A DNA stretch of 64,000 nt from Bdellovibrio sp. (lineage in GTDB: Bacteria; Bdellovibrionota; Bdellovibrionia; Bdellovibrionales; Bdellovibrionaceae). This document shows positions 10,071 to 19,433 of the stretch, piece after piece (position 1 is the stretch's first letter; every line of letters begins with the position of its first letter). The stretch lies in the NCBI GenBank assembly GCA_036677065.1, contig JAKFBS010000002.1:448001-512000 (forward strand), written 5' to 3'. The position numbers were made by a program, and so were the translations under genes. The notes below the pieces were generated by a model. It ran no database searches, had not been told where the DNA came from, and saw only the letters and a program-made list of their open reading frames with translations.

Positions 10071-11789
10071 TTATTTACGTTTTAAAAAACTGACTTTAGG
10101 TGACTGGGCTTTGCCGCCGATAACAACATGAGCGTTTAGACCCTCTGGTGTTAAGTGACCGCGCAATTGAAACCACGTTCCACCTTTTGAATTACGGCCC
10201 GAAGTTAAAATCAATACCCCGTCAGTGCCTTTTGTTCCGATGTTAAATTCAATTGTTAAGCCATCAGGGCTATCTAAGCGACCTAATGTGTAACCACCGA
10301 AACTAGTCACGATAACTTTCACACGCATTGGGCCAGAGGCTAAATGCAATGTGCCCTCATACGTGCCATCCACTTCGCCGCCCGGGCCTTGGAAGGTCTC
10401 CCACATATCAGGAAAATTCTGAACTTTGTGACCTGTAAATACTTGTGAACCAATACGAATATACGGATCAATTAATTTAATCTGACCTTTGTCGTTCACC
10501 ATAAACTTAATTGGCGGATTCATCTGATCGTCAGAATCAGGCTCACGCTCTGAAGCTACGAAACTTGCGATTTCACCACTGTAAGTGATGTTATAAAATG
10601 TTTTATAGATGGCGCCTGATTCAGAACCGATCGCTGCCACTAACATGTTTTCACGCGCATAAGAGATTGTGAAAAACCATTTTTCGCCTAATTCATTTGT
10701 TAGCTGATAGTTACCTTGTAGATTTAATTTTTTAGCCATAACAGGAACTGCAGCACGGGCTAACCATTTTGACATTTCGTCAGCATCTTTAGTCATTCCG
10801 ATTTTACGGGCATGCGCTACAATAGCTGTTGAATAATTCATGTAGTGATCAGCATAAACATGCGTTGGTACTTTTTCTTGCACTGTCCATTGCTGAATTA
10901 AATTTAAAGTTGAACGGATTTTTAATGTGCTAAGAGCTTGAGAAAATTGCTGCTGATTTAAAACAACTTCTAAACGAACGGCTCTTAATAAAAGTTCTAC
11001 AATCGCATCACCTACGGCGTTTGTTAACCAGCCCGGTGCTGTGTCTTGAAAAGATTCAACCTGAGCATTTATTAACAATAAACGGTGTAAATATTCATGA
11101 GAGTTGTCTTTATTATCAGTATTTAAAGCATAGATATCCTGATTTAAAATCTCTAAATATTCTGAAACTGAAGCCGGCATCATTAATTTACCGATCCAAA
11201 AAGTGACTTCGTGTGCCGGTAAATTTTTGTTACGTAAAATTAAAATCGCAACATCTGTGATTAGACGGCGGTAGCCTAATAAAATGTGCACTTGATTTTC
11301 TGAACGTGCATCAATTAATGGTAAAGTGGATTCAATGTTTTTGGCCATTACAGCTAATTTCGTCTGATCTTTAACAAACGAAATCTGGTAATTTAAGTTA
11401 TCTAAGAAACGGCTTAATGTGTTCGCGTCCATCCACTTAACATAGTACTGAATTTTTTCAGTAGAATCTTTCGTGATATCTAACCAGCGCATTCCAACAC
11501 CCGTCATTTTCAGACCTAGGCGTTCAGTCATTTTTGGGTAGATTTCGTCTAATTTAAGACTTAGCGAAAGACTTGTTAATTCGTCTAACAGATAGAAATA
11601 CTTTTCAAACGTAGGTTGATCACGCATTTCTGAAAGATTCATTTCAATATCAAGCATAACTTCACGTAATGCGATTCTATTTTGTTGCGCTTTTTGCATT
11701 AACTCAGCAGGTTCAGGTAAGTTAATTGCAGCCATTGCCCAGACAGGCAAAAACAATGCGATGGCGATTGTCGAAATTAATTGTTTCAT
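10071..11789 (-). CDS. Secreted hypothetical protein (helical N-terminal half, beta-rich C-terminus) in the EPS operon
   Basis: 572 aa ORF, signal peptide, ATGA overlap with upstream gene. Confidence 0.75.
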   Translation of the reverse strand: MKQLISTIAIALFLPVWAMAAINLPEPAELMQKAQQNRIALREVMLDIEMNLSEMRDQPTFEKYFYLLDELTSLSLSLKLDEIYPKMTERLGLKMTGVGMRWLDITKDSTEKIQYYVKWMDANTLSRFLDNLNYQISFVKDQTKLAVMAKNIESTLPLIDARSENQVHILLGYRRLITDVAILILRNKNLPAHEVTFWIGKLMMPASVSEYLEILNQDIYALNTDNKDNSHEYLHRLLLINAQVESFQDTAPGWLTNAVGDAIVELLLRAVRLEVVLNQQQFSQALSTLKIRSTLNLIQQWTVQEKVPTHVYADHYMNYSTAIVAHARKIGMTKDADEMSKWLARAAVPVMAKKLNLQGNYQLTNELGEKWFFTISYARENMLVAAIGSESGAIYKTFYNITYSGEIASFVASEREPDSDDQMNPPIKFMVNDKGQIKLIDPYIRIGSQVFTGHKVQNFPDMWETFQGPGGEVDGTYEGTLHLASGPMRVKVIVTSFGGYTLGRLDSPDGLTIEFNIGTKGTDGVLILTSGRNSKGGTWFQLRGHLTPEGLNAHVVIGGKAQSPKVSFLKRK

Positions 11790-13558
11790 GGGTTTTGTTC
11801 CTTATAGACCGGTTCAGGTCGTTTTGATTTTGTGTTCGTTTTTAAAAATTCTTCTAAACTAATAAATTTGTAACCAAGTTTTTTGATCTCGCGCAGAATG
11901 TATTCAAGCTCTGCCGGATCACCCGGAAATTCACCGCGGCCACCATCTTCGTAAGTTGTTAACAAAAACGGATGATAGAAAAACGAAGCCCAGACATCAC
12001 GTAAGACTAAATTACGTTTTGCATCGATGATGATTTCTTCTTTAGAACGAGGAACCACAACATGGGCGTTCACAAAAGGCTGTGAATTGCCTAAATTTTC
12101 TGGAATCAATCTTTGACCATGAACATCGCCGTAAATTTCATACGGAAACATCTGCCCGCTCCAGCGTTCAGATTCATAAACGACTTCTAAGTTTTTAAAA
12201 TATTCAGTACGTAAATTATAACCGTTAGTCAGCGCACTTAAAAACTGAACGTCTTTATTTTCATTTGGTGCCGAGAAACCCTTAACCGAATGATTATAAT
12301 AAATCACGCGCCCAACATTCCAGGTAAATACATTAGCAAAAATAATATAATCCAGAGGGCTTGCCTGATAGTGGGGGGTCAGCCACATTTGCGGGGTGAT
12401 GCCGGCTTTTTGCAGGGTGTAGAAGCCATCTTCTAAGCGATCAACAACATATTTAACACTGTCTTCTGCGATCGGACGGTTATTCACAGCATCGAAAAAT
12501 TCGAAATCGCTGCCGCTTACGCCATCGTGCGGGTTTTTTTGTGCATTGTACTGGTGGGTAACACCATGCCAGATAAAAAAGGCCTGATCACGTTTCATTT
12601 CTTCGATGAAATTCATGAATGGCACTTTACGATCCATTGTGATGAATTCACCCTGCGGATCTGTTTCACCACGATGTAACGGGTCAAAATAAATCGGAAT
12701 CAGTGAAATATGAATTGGTACTTTTTCGTTTTTTAAAACATTCATTGTTTTATAAAGCTCGCCCAATGGCATTAACGGATGAACATCTTCAATTCGAACT
12801 AAGGCATATTTGCCATTGTGACGAGGTTTTTCATCTAAAATATCAAAAAGCAGGTCAGCAAATACAAAATAACGATCTGCCTCGTGCATAAAGCTAAACG
12901 GCACATCAGCCACATAAAAATGATTTTTAGCCTGAAGAGCGTAAGGAAGAGTTTCTTTAGTCACATTATGTTCTGCGTGAGCTAAAATCTGTGATTTTTT
13001 TGCGTCTGTTGCTAGTAAAGCCGCTTGTTCAAAAGGAGCTAAAAAAATCGACTTATCAGTTTTGCTCCAGTCACCGTACTTAAAAAATACTTCGCCTTTA
13101 TAAAGAACGTTTTTAAAATAACTTGGTCGGCCTGTTGAATCTAATTTTTCACGATTTAAGGTTGTTAAATGTGAATACTTATAACCAAAAATTTCTTCAA
13201 AATTTGCGCCTAATTGCCAAATACTATAACCCAGCCAAGCCACACGTTTTTTTGTTGCCGTAAAATCTTGTAAAAAATCAGCCGGAATACGGTTATTAAA
13301 ATAACTGCCGATATAAAAACTGGCATGGCATGTTTCGATATCGCCCTTTTTATACATTTCAATCGGGCTTACGATTTGTTGATATTTCGGAAAATGACCT
13401 AAAATATTTTGCAATAATGTAGCATAGGTTTTTCCCATCCAATAATTAGGCTCTTGTGAGCGGTCAAAATAGACATTCACACAAGGAGTAGCTGCTGCTT
13501 TGGCCTGAACCTGCCAGGCAGACGACACCAACATCACGGAAATAATAAAAATCTTCAC
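11786..13558 (-). CDS. DUF2334-like polysaccharide deacetylase
   Basis: RIEDVHP, WHGVTHQ, PHYQAS, PENLG, SFFYHP motifs; signal peptide. Confidence 0.85.
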   Translation of the reverse strand: MKIFIISVMLVSSAWQVQAKAAATPCVNVYFDRSQEPNYWMGKTYATLLQNILGHFPKYQQIVSPIEMYKKGDIETCHASFYIGSYFNNRIPADFLQDFTATKKRVAWLGYSIWQLGANFEEIFGYKYSHLTTLNREKLDSTGRPSYFKNVLYKGEVFFKYGDWSKTDKSIFLAPFEQAALLATDAKKSQILAHAEHNVTKETLPYALQAKNHFYVADVPFSFMHEADRYFVFADLLFDILDEKPRHNGKYALVRIEDVHPLMPLGELYKTMNVLKNEKVPIHISLIPIYFDPLHRGETDPQGEFITMDRKVPFMNFIEEMKRDQAFFIWHGVTHQYNAQKNPHDGVSGSDFEFFDAVNNRPIAEDSVKYVVDRLEDGFYTLQKAGITPQMWLTPHYQASPLDYIIFANVFTWNVGRVIYYNHSVKGFSAPNENKDVQFLSALTNGYNLRTEYFKNLEVVYESERWSGQMFPYEIYGDVHGQRLIPENLGNSQPFVNAHVVVPRSKEEIIIDAKRNLVLRDVWASFFYHPFLLTTYEDGGRGEFPGDPAELEYILREIKKLGYKFISLEEFLKTNTKSKRPEPVYKEQNP

Positions 13559-14940
13559 GGTTGCACCTGAACCTTAATATCGTGGCCAAAATGTTCTGGC
13601 ATACGATGTTCTGTTTTAATCCAAACAGGCCTTTGACCTGTTTTTTTACTTTCACTAAATTGTTGATGGGCCTTCCATGTAGCACCCACGTTGATCACAT
13701 TAGCCAGCAGCCAACGCAGTGGCACCAGCAGCACATGATGTCTAGCATTGGTTAAAGCGACAGCACGCATTCTTTGTCCGAGCCGTAAAACCATATTGAA
13801 CATATTCAGCACAAGTAAAGATTGAAACAAACCCTGCTGTAATACGCTTTGGCCTAACTGCAGCTGGCTTGAAACGACAAAGGCAATAAGTAATAAAAAT
13901 GACAATACGATAAGAATGCTGTTGTAGGGGCTACGGCGATCACGCCACATGAAGTATTTATCGATTAAACTACCCTGCCATTGCAGATTTTCTAAGCCCT
14001 GGTAAGCAATGCCTAAAGTCCAACGGGATTTTTGGCGCATCGAAGCTGACATTGCATCAGGAAAATATTCGCGTGTGGCGATAAATTCAAGTTGTCCGTT
14101 TTCTTTTTCGTACTGAACACAGGCAAATTTAGATTTAAAACCTAATTTTTTCGCCATCATTCCCAAATGATAATCTTCAGTCAAAGTGTCTTCTTTTAAA
14201 AAACAGCCTTCTTGAACCTGCATCATACCTAAAATCAGATTACGGCTTAATAAAGTGCCCACACCGGCTGAAGGAATCGCTGCACCCAGAGCTTCGCGAA
14301 CTAATAAATCTTTCGTGTGCGCTTCTGCAAATTCATCGATGTAAATACCACCCACAAGTGAAGATCTTGGCACATCAAAAGAAAATACCGGAATTTGCAC
14401 AAAGTCTGCAGTGCGGCTGACTTCATTTAGTAGCGATAACGAATGTGGGTGTAAAACATCTTCTGAATCTTGCATTAAAAATAGATCAAATTTTTTACCT
14501 AAATTAGCTTCATAGCTAAAAATATTTCGAGCCACGACATTCAACATCTGACCTTTTGAAGTTGGCCCTTGGTGCGAATTAACAACAACCTGAACTTGCT
14601 TTGGATAAGCCGCTTGAAGATTTTGTGCCGCTACAACTGTCGTTGTATCATTAGGGTATACGCCTAAGAAAAACACATAGTTCTTGTACTCAAGGCCACG
14701 TAAGTTACCACGAATCATCGGTGTGATAATTTCTGCTTCTTTCCAGTTAGCAATTAGAATGGCGATTTGTTTTTCAGGATTTCTTTTGATCTGTGCAATG
14801 TAATCTACCGTGACTCGTTGTGGTTTCAAACGACGCACAAAAGCCTGCAAATCAATAAACATATCATCTAAAGTAAAGATCAGAGCGCCGATCACAGCGA
14901 TAAAAGCCAGCACAATGAAAAGCATTTCAAAATTAAGCAC
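13555..14940 (-). CDS. nfrB: NfrB-like GT2 glycosyltransferase (phage N4 adsorption protein B family), C-terminally short
   Basis: LDDMFID, WKEA, GVYPND, GPTSK, DSEDVLHP, QIPV, DEFAEAHTKD, PSAGVG, LTEDY, ATREYFP, RQKSRW, WIKTEH. Confidence 0.85.
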   Translation of the reverse strand: MLNFEMLFIVLAFIAVIGALIFTLDDMFIDLQAFVRRLKPQRVTVDYIAQIKRNPEKQIAILIANWKEAEIITPMIRGNLRGLEYKNYVFFLGVYPNDTTTVVAAQNLQAAYPKQVQVVVNSHQGPTSKGQMLNVVARNIFSYEANLGKKFDLFLMQDSEDVLHPHSLSLLNEVSRTADFVQIPVFSFDVPRSSLVGGIYIDEFAEAHTKDLLVREALGAAIPSAGVGTLLSRNLILGMMQVQEGCFLKEDTLTEDYHLGMMAKKLGFKSKFACVQYEKENGQLEFIATREYFPDAMSASMRQKSRWTLGIAYQGLENLQWQGSLIDKYFMWRDRRSPYNSILIVLSFLLLIAFVVSSQLQLGQSVLQQGLFQSLLVLNMFNMVLRLGQRMRAVALTNARHHVLLVPLRWLLANVINVGATWKAHQQFSESKKTGQRPVWIKTEHRMPEHFGHDIKVQVQP

Positions 14941-15671
14941 TAAAATTCTCCGCCTAAGACAAAGAGAACTTCTTCATGAGCACGTTCATGGTTTACAAAA
15001 CTTTTATAGACTAAAATTTGCGCCGACCACAGATTAAATTGGTAAATACCACGCACACCAAGGCGTGCTTGTTCGGTGTCGCGCCCAAGATCTGCGCTGG
15101 GGCTACGGCGTGTGTAGATTTCTACATACGGATCAATGATAAAAGCAGTTTGCTGAAGGCGATAACGTAATCCTTGCTTAAACCAGACCGATGTTACCGG
15201 GCGACGATGAAAAGAAGGTAGCGCTATAGATTCAATATAAAATTCAGAAAACAACGGAGCATCTTTAAACTGGTATTCAAAAATTTCACCGAAAGATAAT
15301 CCATAGCGACTTCTTCTTTCAGTGCGATATTCAACTAAGGCCACTAATGATTTCCATAAAACGAGGCGTGTACCAACAACAGCCATAGCGCGATTCTTCG
15401 CGTACAGAGCCTCGTTATCACTTGAAGTTTTATCTTGGCGTTGCAAAGCTGCACCAATGTAGAAAACATTTTTTTCAACTTGAAAAAGTTTTACGCGAAG
15501 CTGAGTTTCGGTCAGCAATCCATACTGTGGCACAAACGTTGTTTCAGAATAAATTTCTGCGACCGTATTTGCATTTGCCGTCGCACTGACGATAAAAACC
15601 GCGCTTATAATTACACAAGTTCGTCGATAAAAAAGAAATGAATAAAATAACGAATCGCGTACTATCTGCAT
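14940..15671 (-). CDS. Putative outer-membrane beta-barrel protein (possible EPS export pore)
   Basis: Signal peptide, amphipathic beta pattern, C-terminal Phe; TAG/GTG overlap with the nfrB-like gene. Confidence 0.65.
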   Translation of the reverse strand: MQIVRDSLFYSFLFYRRTCVIISAVFIVSATANANTVAEIYSETTFVPQYGLLTETQLRVKLFQVEKNVFYIGAALQRQDKTSSDNEALYAKNRAMAVVGTRLVLWKSLVALVEYRTERRSRYGLSFGEIFEYQFKDAPLFSEFYIESIALPSFHRRPVTSVWFKQGLRYRLQQTAFIIDPYVEIYTRRSPSADLGRDTEQARLGVRGIYQFNLWSAQILVYKSFVNHERAHEEVLFVLGGEF

Positions 15672-15846
15672 AATTAGAACGACGATGTTTACAGGTAAAT
15701 AATGACAGCATCAATGCCATAAATTTAATAAGTAAAAAGCTACAAAAGTAGTCTTATATTGGCACTAGCTAGGCACACATTTTCTGCGCTTCTTTATATT
15801 ATCTTAACTTAAACAAATAGTCTTTTGTTTTAAAGACGACGCGCAC

Positions 15847-16695
15847 TCATAATCGTTTAGGAAAATATCCAAAAGGAGCCTGAACACTTTCATCATGCGA
15901 AGGCAGAATGATCACCTTGGGGTTAGCCTCTTGAAAAGTATGAAGCTTTTTGATTTGCTCGAGCACTTTATCAGCATCAAGATCAACAAGTTTTTTTGAC
16001 AACCAGAATTTGCCTAACTTTAAATCAATGCCTTTTTTCTTCCATACGGTGTCGCCAATCAGAAAAAATTTATGACCACTGTCTGTATTTACAAATATTC
16101 CGACTGATCCAGGCGTATGACCTCTTAATGGCACGACCACGATAGATTGATCATTATATATATCTAAACTTTCTGCAAAGCCCAGATACGCTGTCTTGTT
16201 AAACGCGTAGGGCCGCCATTTAATTTTTAGACTTGAGACTTGTGACTTTAAGACTGCCGGCGGAGTGCCCACATCTTTAAATGCGATCTCTTCTGGAAGC
16301 GCCCAGATATCTTTATCTGGAAAATCAATTAGCCCACTGACATGATCAAAGTGAAGATGAGTAATAAGAATGAAACTAAAATCTATTTTTTCTTTAGCGA
16401 GTTGAGCTTTTGCCGTTTCAGCTTTTTGATAAGCAAAGGCCGGCCTGTGAAAAAAAGAAATATCCTTAAATTGGTCATCAATTTTTTCGCCAAGCCCTGT
16501 ATCGACTAAGATGTTTCCTTTAGGATGTTCGATAAGAAAAGCCGAATGATTCACTTCAATTTTTTTCCACGCCCCGTTCTCAAGAGCCAGGCTTTCGTAA
16601 GTGTGAGCCGTACCGGTTTTGATAATGCTGAGTTTGACTTGGTCTGTGGCCTGCGCGACCGAAGCAAAAGCTAAAATTAAGAGAATAATTTTCAT
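15847..16695 (-). CDS. Secreted MBL-fold hydrolase, AHL-lactonase-like family
   Basis: LVDTG, THLHFDHVSG, GHTPGS, GD, PSHD; signal peptide. Confidence 0.85.
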   Translation of the reverse strand: MKIILLILAFASVAQATDQVKLSIIKTGTAHTYESLALENGAWKKIEVNHSAFLIEHPKGNILVDTGLGEKIDDQFKDISFFHRPAFAYQKAETAKAQLAKEKIDFSFILITHLHFDHVSGLIDFPDKDIWALPEEIAFKDVGTPPAVLKSQVSSLKIKWRPYAFNKTAYLGFAESLDIYNDQSIVVVPLRGHTPGSVGIFVNTDSGHKFFLIGDTVWKKKGIDLKLGKFWLSKKLVDLDADKVLEQIKKLHTFQEANPKVIILPSHDESVQAPFGYFPKRL

Positions 16696-16718
16696 AATAA
16701 CCATCCTTTGTTATAGAA

Positions 16719-16750
16719 ATTGTAAACCGTTGGGTATACAACATGGTCAA
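16719..16750 (-). promoter_or_regulatory. MerR-type promoter (TTGACC-20 bp-TACAAT)
   Basis: Elongated 20-bp spacer containing GTTG-N6-CAAC dyad; divergent MerR gene. Confidence 0.75.
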
Positions 16751-16759
16751 GGGGTTAAT

Positions 16760-17134
16760 ATGTTAATCGGAGAATTAGTCAAAAAAACGCAGCTAAGCAA
16801 AGAGACTATACGTCATTATGAAGATATCGGGTTAATCCGCGGTATTAAGACCCAAGCAAATGGCTATAAAAACTATCCTGAGCGATTAGTAGAAGACCTG
16901 AAACTCATTGGCCTTGCGAAAGATTTAGGTTTCACTTTAAAAGAAATTAAGTCACTTCTAAGCCTACTGCAAAAAGGACAACTTGGCAGAAGCAACCTGA
17001 ACCAAGTGATTCAAAAAAAGATTAGCGAAATTGATCAGAAAATGAGTGCTCTTAATCAGCTGAAAGAAAGATTAAACCAAGAACTTGCCAGAACCTGTTC
17101 GCCGCAAGAAACTTTGAAAATTATGACTACTTAG
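16760..17134 (+). CDS. MerR-family transcriptional regulator
   Basis: IGELVKKTQLSKETIRHYEDIGLI...NGYKNY...GFTLKEIK. Confidence 0.93.
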   Translation: MLIGELVKKTQLSKETIRHYEDIGLIRGIKTQANGYKNYPERLVEDLKLIGLAKDLGFTLKEIKSLLSLLQKGQLGRSNLNQVIQKKISEIDQKMSALNQLKERLNQELARTCSPQETLKIMTT

Positions 17135-17786
17135 CACTGCCGCGGGCAATACCAAGACGGTCTTCATACGCGTTAAGAACTTTCACAAACGCCGGACGCG
17201 CTTCGCAATTAAGACGGTACTTCTCAAGATTCAGGTACTTACCCAGAATCTCTGTCTTACGAATTTCACGCAGCACGCACGTAAGAATAATATCAGCCAC
17301 AGTGAAATCAGCACCTGTAATAAATGGCTGCGTCTTTAACATTTGATCGATCGTCGGAAAAAAGCGTTCAAGAATTTCAACATGCCAAGAACGCAGTTTG
17401 CCGTGATGGCTTTCTTCACCCTGAAGATCAGCAAAGAAAACCGGAAGCGCAAATGGCTCGATGTTATTAAGTGATGTAATTAACCAGCGATAAACCTGCG
17501 CGCGCCCTTGCAGATCACTAGGAATCAATTTTTGCGATTTTTCAGCAAGGTAAAGTAGAATCGCCCCCGACTCTGTTAGAATGTATCCATTATCGTCGAT
17601 AACCGGAACTTGTTTGAAAGGCGAAACCGCACCAAACAAGACTTCATCCTGCAGACCGTTCGGCCCGCAATCAAGCCCGATAGTCTCATAGCTGATGCCA
17701 CACTCTTCAAGTGCCCACATCACACGTATATCGCGCGTATAGCCCCACAGAAACGGCGGCAGCGACTTGAAGACGTAAACTTTCAC
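17127..17786 (-). CDS. Glutathione S-transferase family protein
   Basis: RVMWALEE, PFKQVP, ESGAILLYLA, FTVADI, RPAF. Confidence 0.93.
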   Translation of the reverse strand: MKVYVFKSLPPFLWGYTRDIRVMWALEECGISYETIGLDCGPNGLQDEVLFGAVSPFKQVPVIDDNGYILTESGAILLYLAEKSQKLIPSDLQGRAQVYRWLITSLNNIEPFALPVFFADLQGEESHHGKLRSWHVEILERFFPTIDQMLKTQPFITGADFTVADIILTCVLREIRKTEILGKYLNLEKYRLNCEARPAFVKVLNAYEDRLGIARGSAK

Positions 17787-17789
17787 AGT

Positions 17790-17984
17790 TTAGTTGCCTT
17801 TGCGTGGACCCCAAGATGGGCCTACGTTAGAATTGTTCTCATTGCGTGGTTTGTCTTTTTGAAACTTACCAAAAGTACCAGTGGTACCGCCAGATTTTTG
17901 CACTTCGTTTTTACGCTTCAACAATTCAACAAGAGGATTGGCTTTTGAAGCAGGAGTTTTCTTTTTCGTGGTCTTCTTTTTCAT
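17790..17984 (-). CDS. Small basic hypothetical protein
   Basis: 64 aa Lys-rich ORF directly upstream of GST. Confidence 0.55.
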   Translation of the reverse strand: MKKKTTKKKTPASKANPLVELLKRKNEVQKSGGTTGTFGKFQKDKPRNENNSNVGPSWGPRKGN

Positions 17985-18100
17985 GGGTGTATAACTAACA
18001 TAAAAATGAAATTACGGAACCAGAATTTGATTCCGTAAGCTATTTTAGGCAGAAACTGGTCAATTTTATAGAGCCAAGCCCTTAGACCGCAGCCTTTATC

Positions 18101-18427
18101 TTATTGTGTCACTCTATTTTCGGCGGTTTTATTTTTGATAAGCACACCTTCTGGGGTTTCGGCCGTTGCGGGATCGATCATTCTTCGAATGCGAGTTACT
18201 TTATCAACTGGAAACTCAGCTCTTTTGCCATGCTCACGAACAAGATCTTCATTTTCAGCGTAATAGACGCAGTAAACTTTATCATCGGTGACATAACTTT
18301 CAAGCCACTGAACTTGTGGACCCATTTCACGTAATACATCGCAAGATTTAACACTTCCTTGTTGCCATTCGCTGTCAGACATTTGACCGGCGCCAGGCAT
18401 ATTTCTTTCAATAATAAATTTAGGCAT
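18101..18427 (-). CDS. DUF4242 domain protein
   Basis: MPKFIIER, WLESYVTDDKVYCVY, REH...FP; AAGGAG RBS. Confidence 0.88.
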   Translation of the reverse strand: MPKFIIERNMPGAGQMSDSEWQQGSVKSCDVLREMGPQVQWLESYVTDDKVYCVYYAENEDLVREHGKRAEFPVDKVTRIRRMIDPATAETPEGVLIKNKTAENRVTQ

Positions 18428-18460
18428 AAGAAGCTCCTTTTTCTGTAAAAAGAAATAGAT

Positions 18461-18476
18461 TACAAATCATATGCCA
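18461..18476 (-). promoter_or_regulatory. sigma54-like promoter TGGCAT-N5-TTGTA
   Basis: -24/-12 spacing upstream of the DUF4242 gene. Confidence 0.6.
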
Positions 18477-18492
18477 TTTAGATTGGGGCGAT

Positions 18493-19242
18493 TTATCCCG
18501 CCTTAGGAAAAGGCAGAACATTCTTCAAAAACACTGTTCGAGCTTCTTCCCACTTCTGATGTTTAAAGTCAGGTGGTAAAATTTCCTGGAGGTTATCGAA
18601 CAGAGCACTATATTCCTCGTAGATAGAGTTCAAATAGCTCTCATTAAATTTTTCAACAATAATGAACATATGTGGATCTGGTACAACAGGATGAATGAAC
18701 GTATGTGATTTATCAAAGTGGCCGATGTGCTCTAACCACCTTGAAGCTTTGTATTTTTCGTTCGTGCACCCAAGTATGTGGTCAAATCCCATTCGAGTTA
18801 CATGCGCATAAACCATGGCGTAACCAATATCAGATAGTTTTAATCCTGATTTTTTTTGCGTGTATTCCATGTCGACAAACCACGAATTACAATCAGCCAA
18901 ATGCTTTTTTTCATTTTTAAAATTTTGATAGTGCTTCTGAGACTCAAGACCAAGTTGCGGGATCAATTCTTGAATGGGGGTTTTTAAATGATGTTGCTGT
19001 GCTCTGTCTTCAAAAGTCGTTCGAATAGCTAAAATAAGTTTCGGGTTAAACATTTCGCTTACATCGTAGATCAGATAATGTGTTCCAATCATATCGTGCT
19101 TATCCATTACGACGTAATTTGGATCAGTTCTAGCAAAATTTTTTTGTTTATTAATAATGATATCGTTAAGTGCTTTTTGAGTAGATAGGTTATCTAGATG
19201 TGCAACGGCATAATCTAGAATAACCAGCTTAAAGTTATTCAT
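18493..19242 (-). CDS. Hypothetical protein, possible LuxI/FeeM-like N-acyltransferase (GNAT fold)
   Basis: MDKHD..THYLI...AIR pattern resembles the autoinducer-synthase D-x-x-D...R block. Confidence 0.5.
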   Translation of the reverse strand: MNNFKLVILDYAVAHLDNLSTQKALNDIIINKQKNFARTDPNYVVMDKHDMIGTHYLIYDVSEMFNPKLILAIRTTFEDRAQQHHLKTPIQELIPQLGLESQKHYQNFKNEKKHLADCNSWFVDMEYTQKKSGLKLSDIGYAMVYAHVTRMGFDHILGCTNEKYKASRWLEHIGHFDKSHTFIHPVVPDPHMFIIVEKFNESYLNSIYEEYSALFDNLQEILPPDFKHQKWEEARTVFLKNVLPFPKAG

Positions 19243-19433
19243 CGTAATCCCCCATAAATAAAATATTATGTGTATAATCGGACGTTTACTCTTATAATTA
19301 AAGGAATGTTAAAATGAGAATATTTCGTATCAAAAAGGCTCAGCTAATAATTCAAAATATGTAAATAGCAAAATATTTATTCCAAATCGGGACTTTTTCT
19401 AAAGCCTTGGCAAAATATACCGAAATGCCATAC

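Noticed and set aside
15705..15775. sigma54 promoter for the EPS operon
   Set aside because: The minus-strand TGGCAT lacks a credible -12 element, and the TGGCAC at 15760 points the wrong way.
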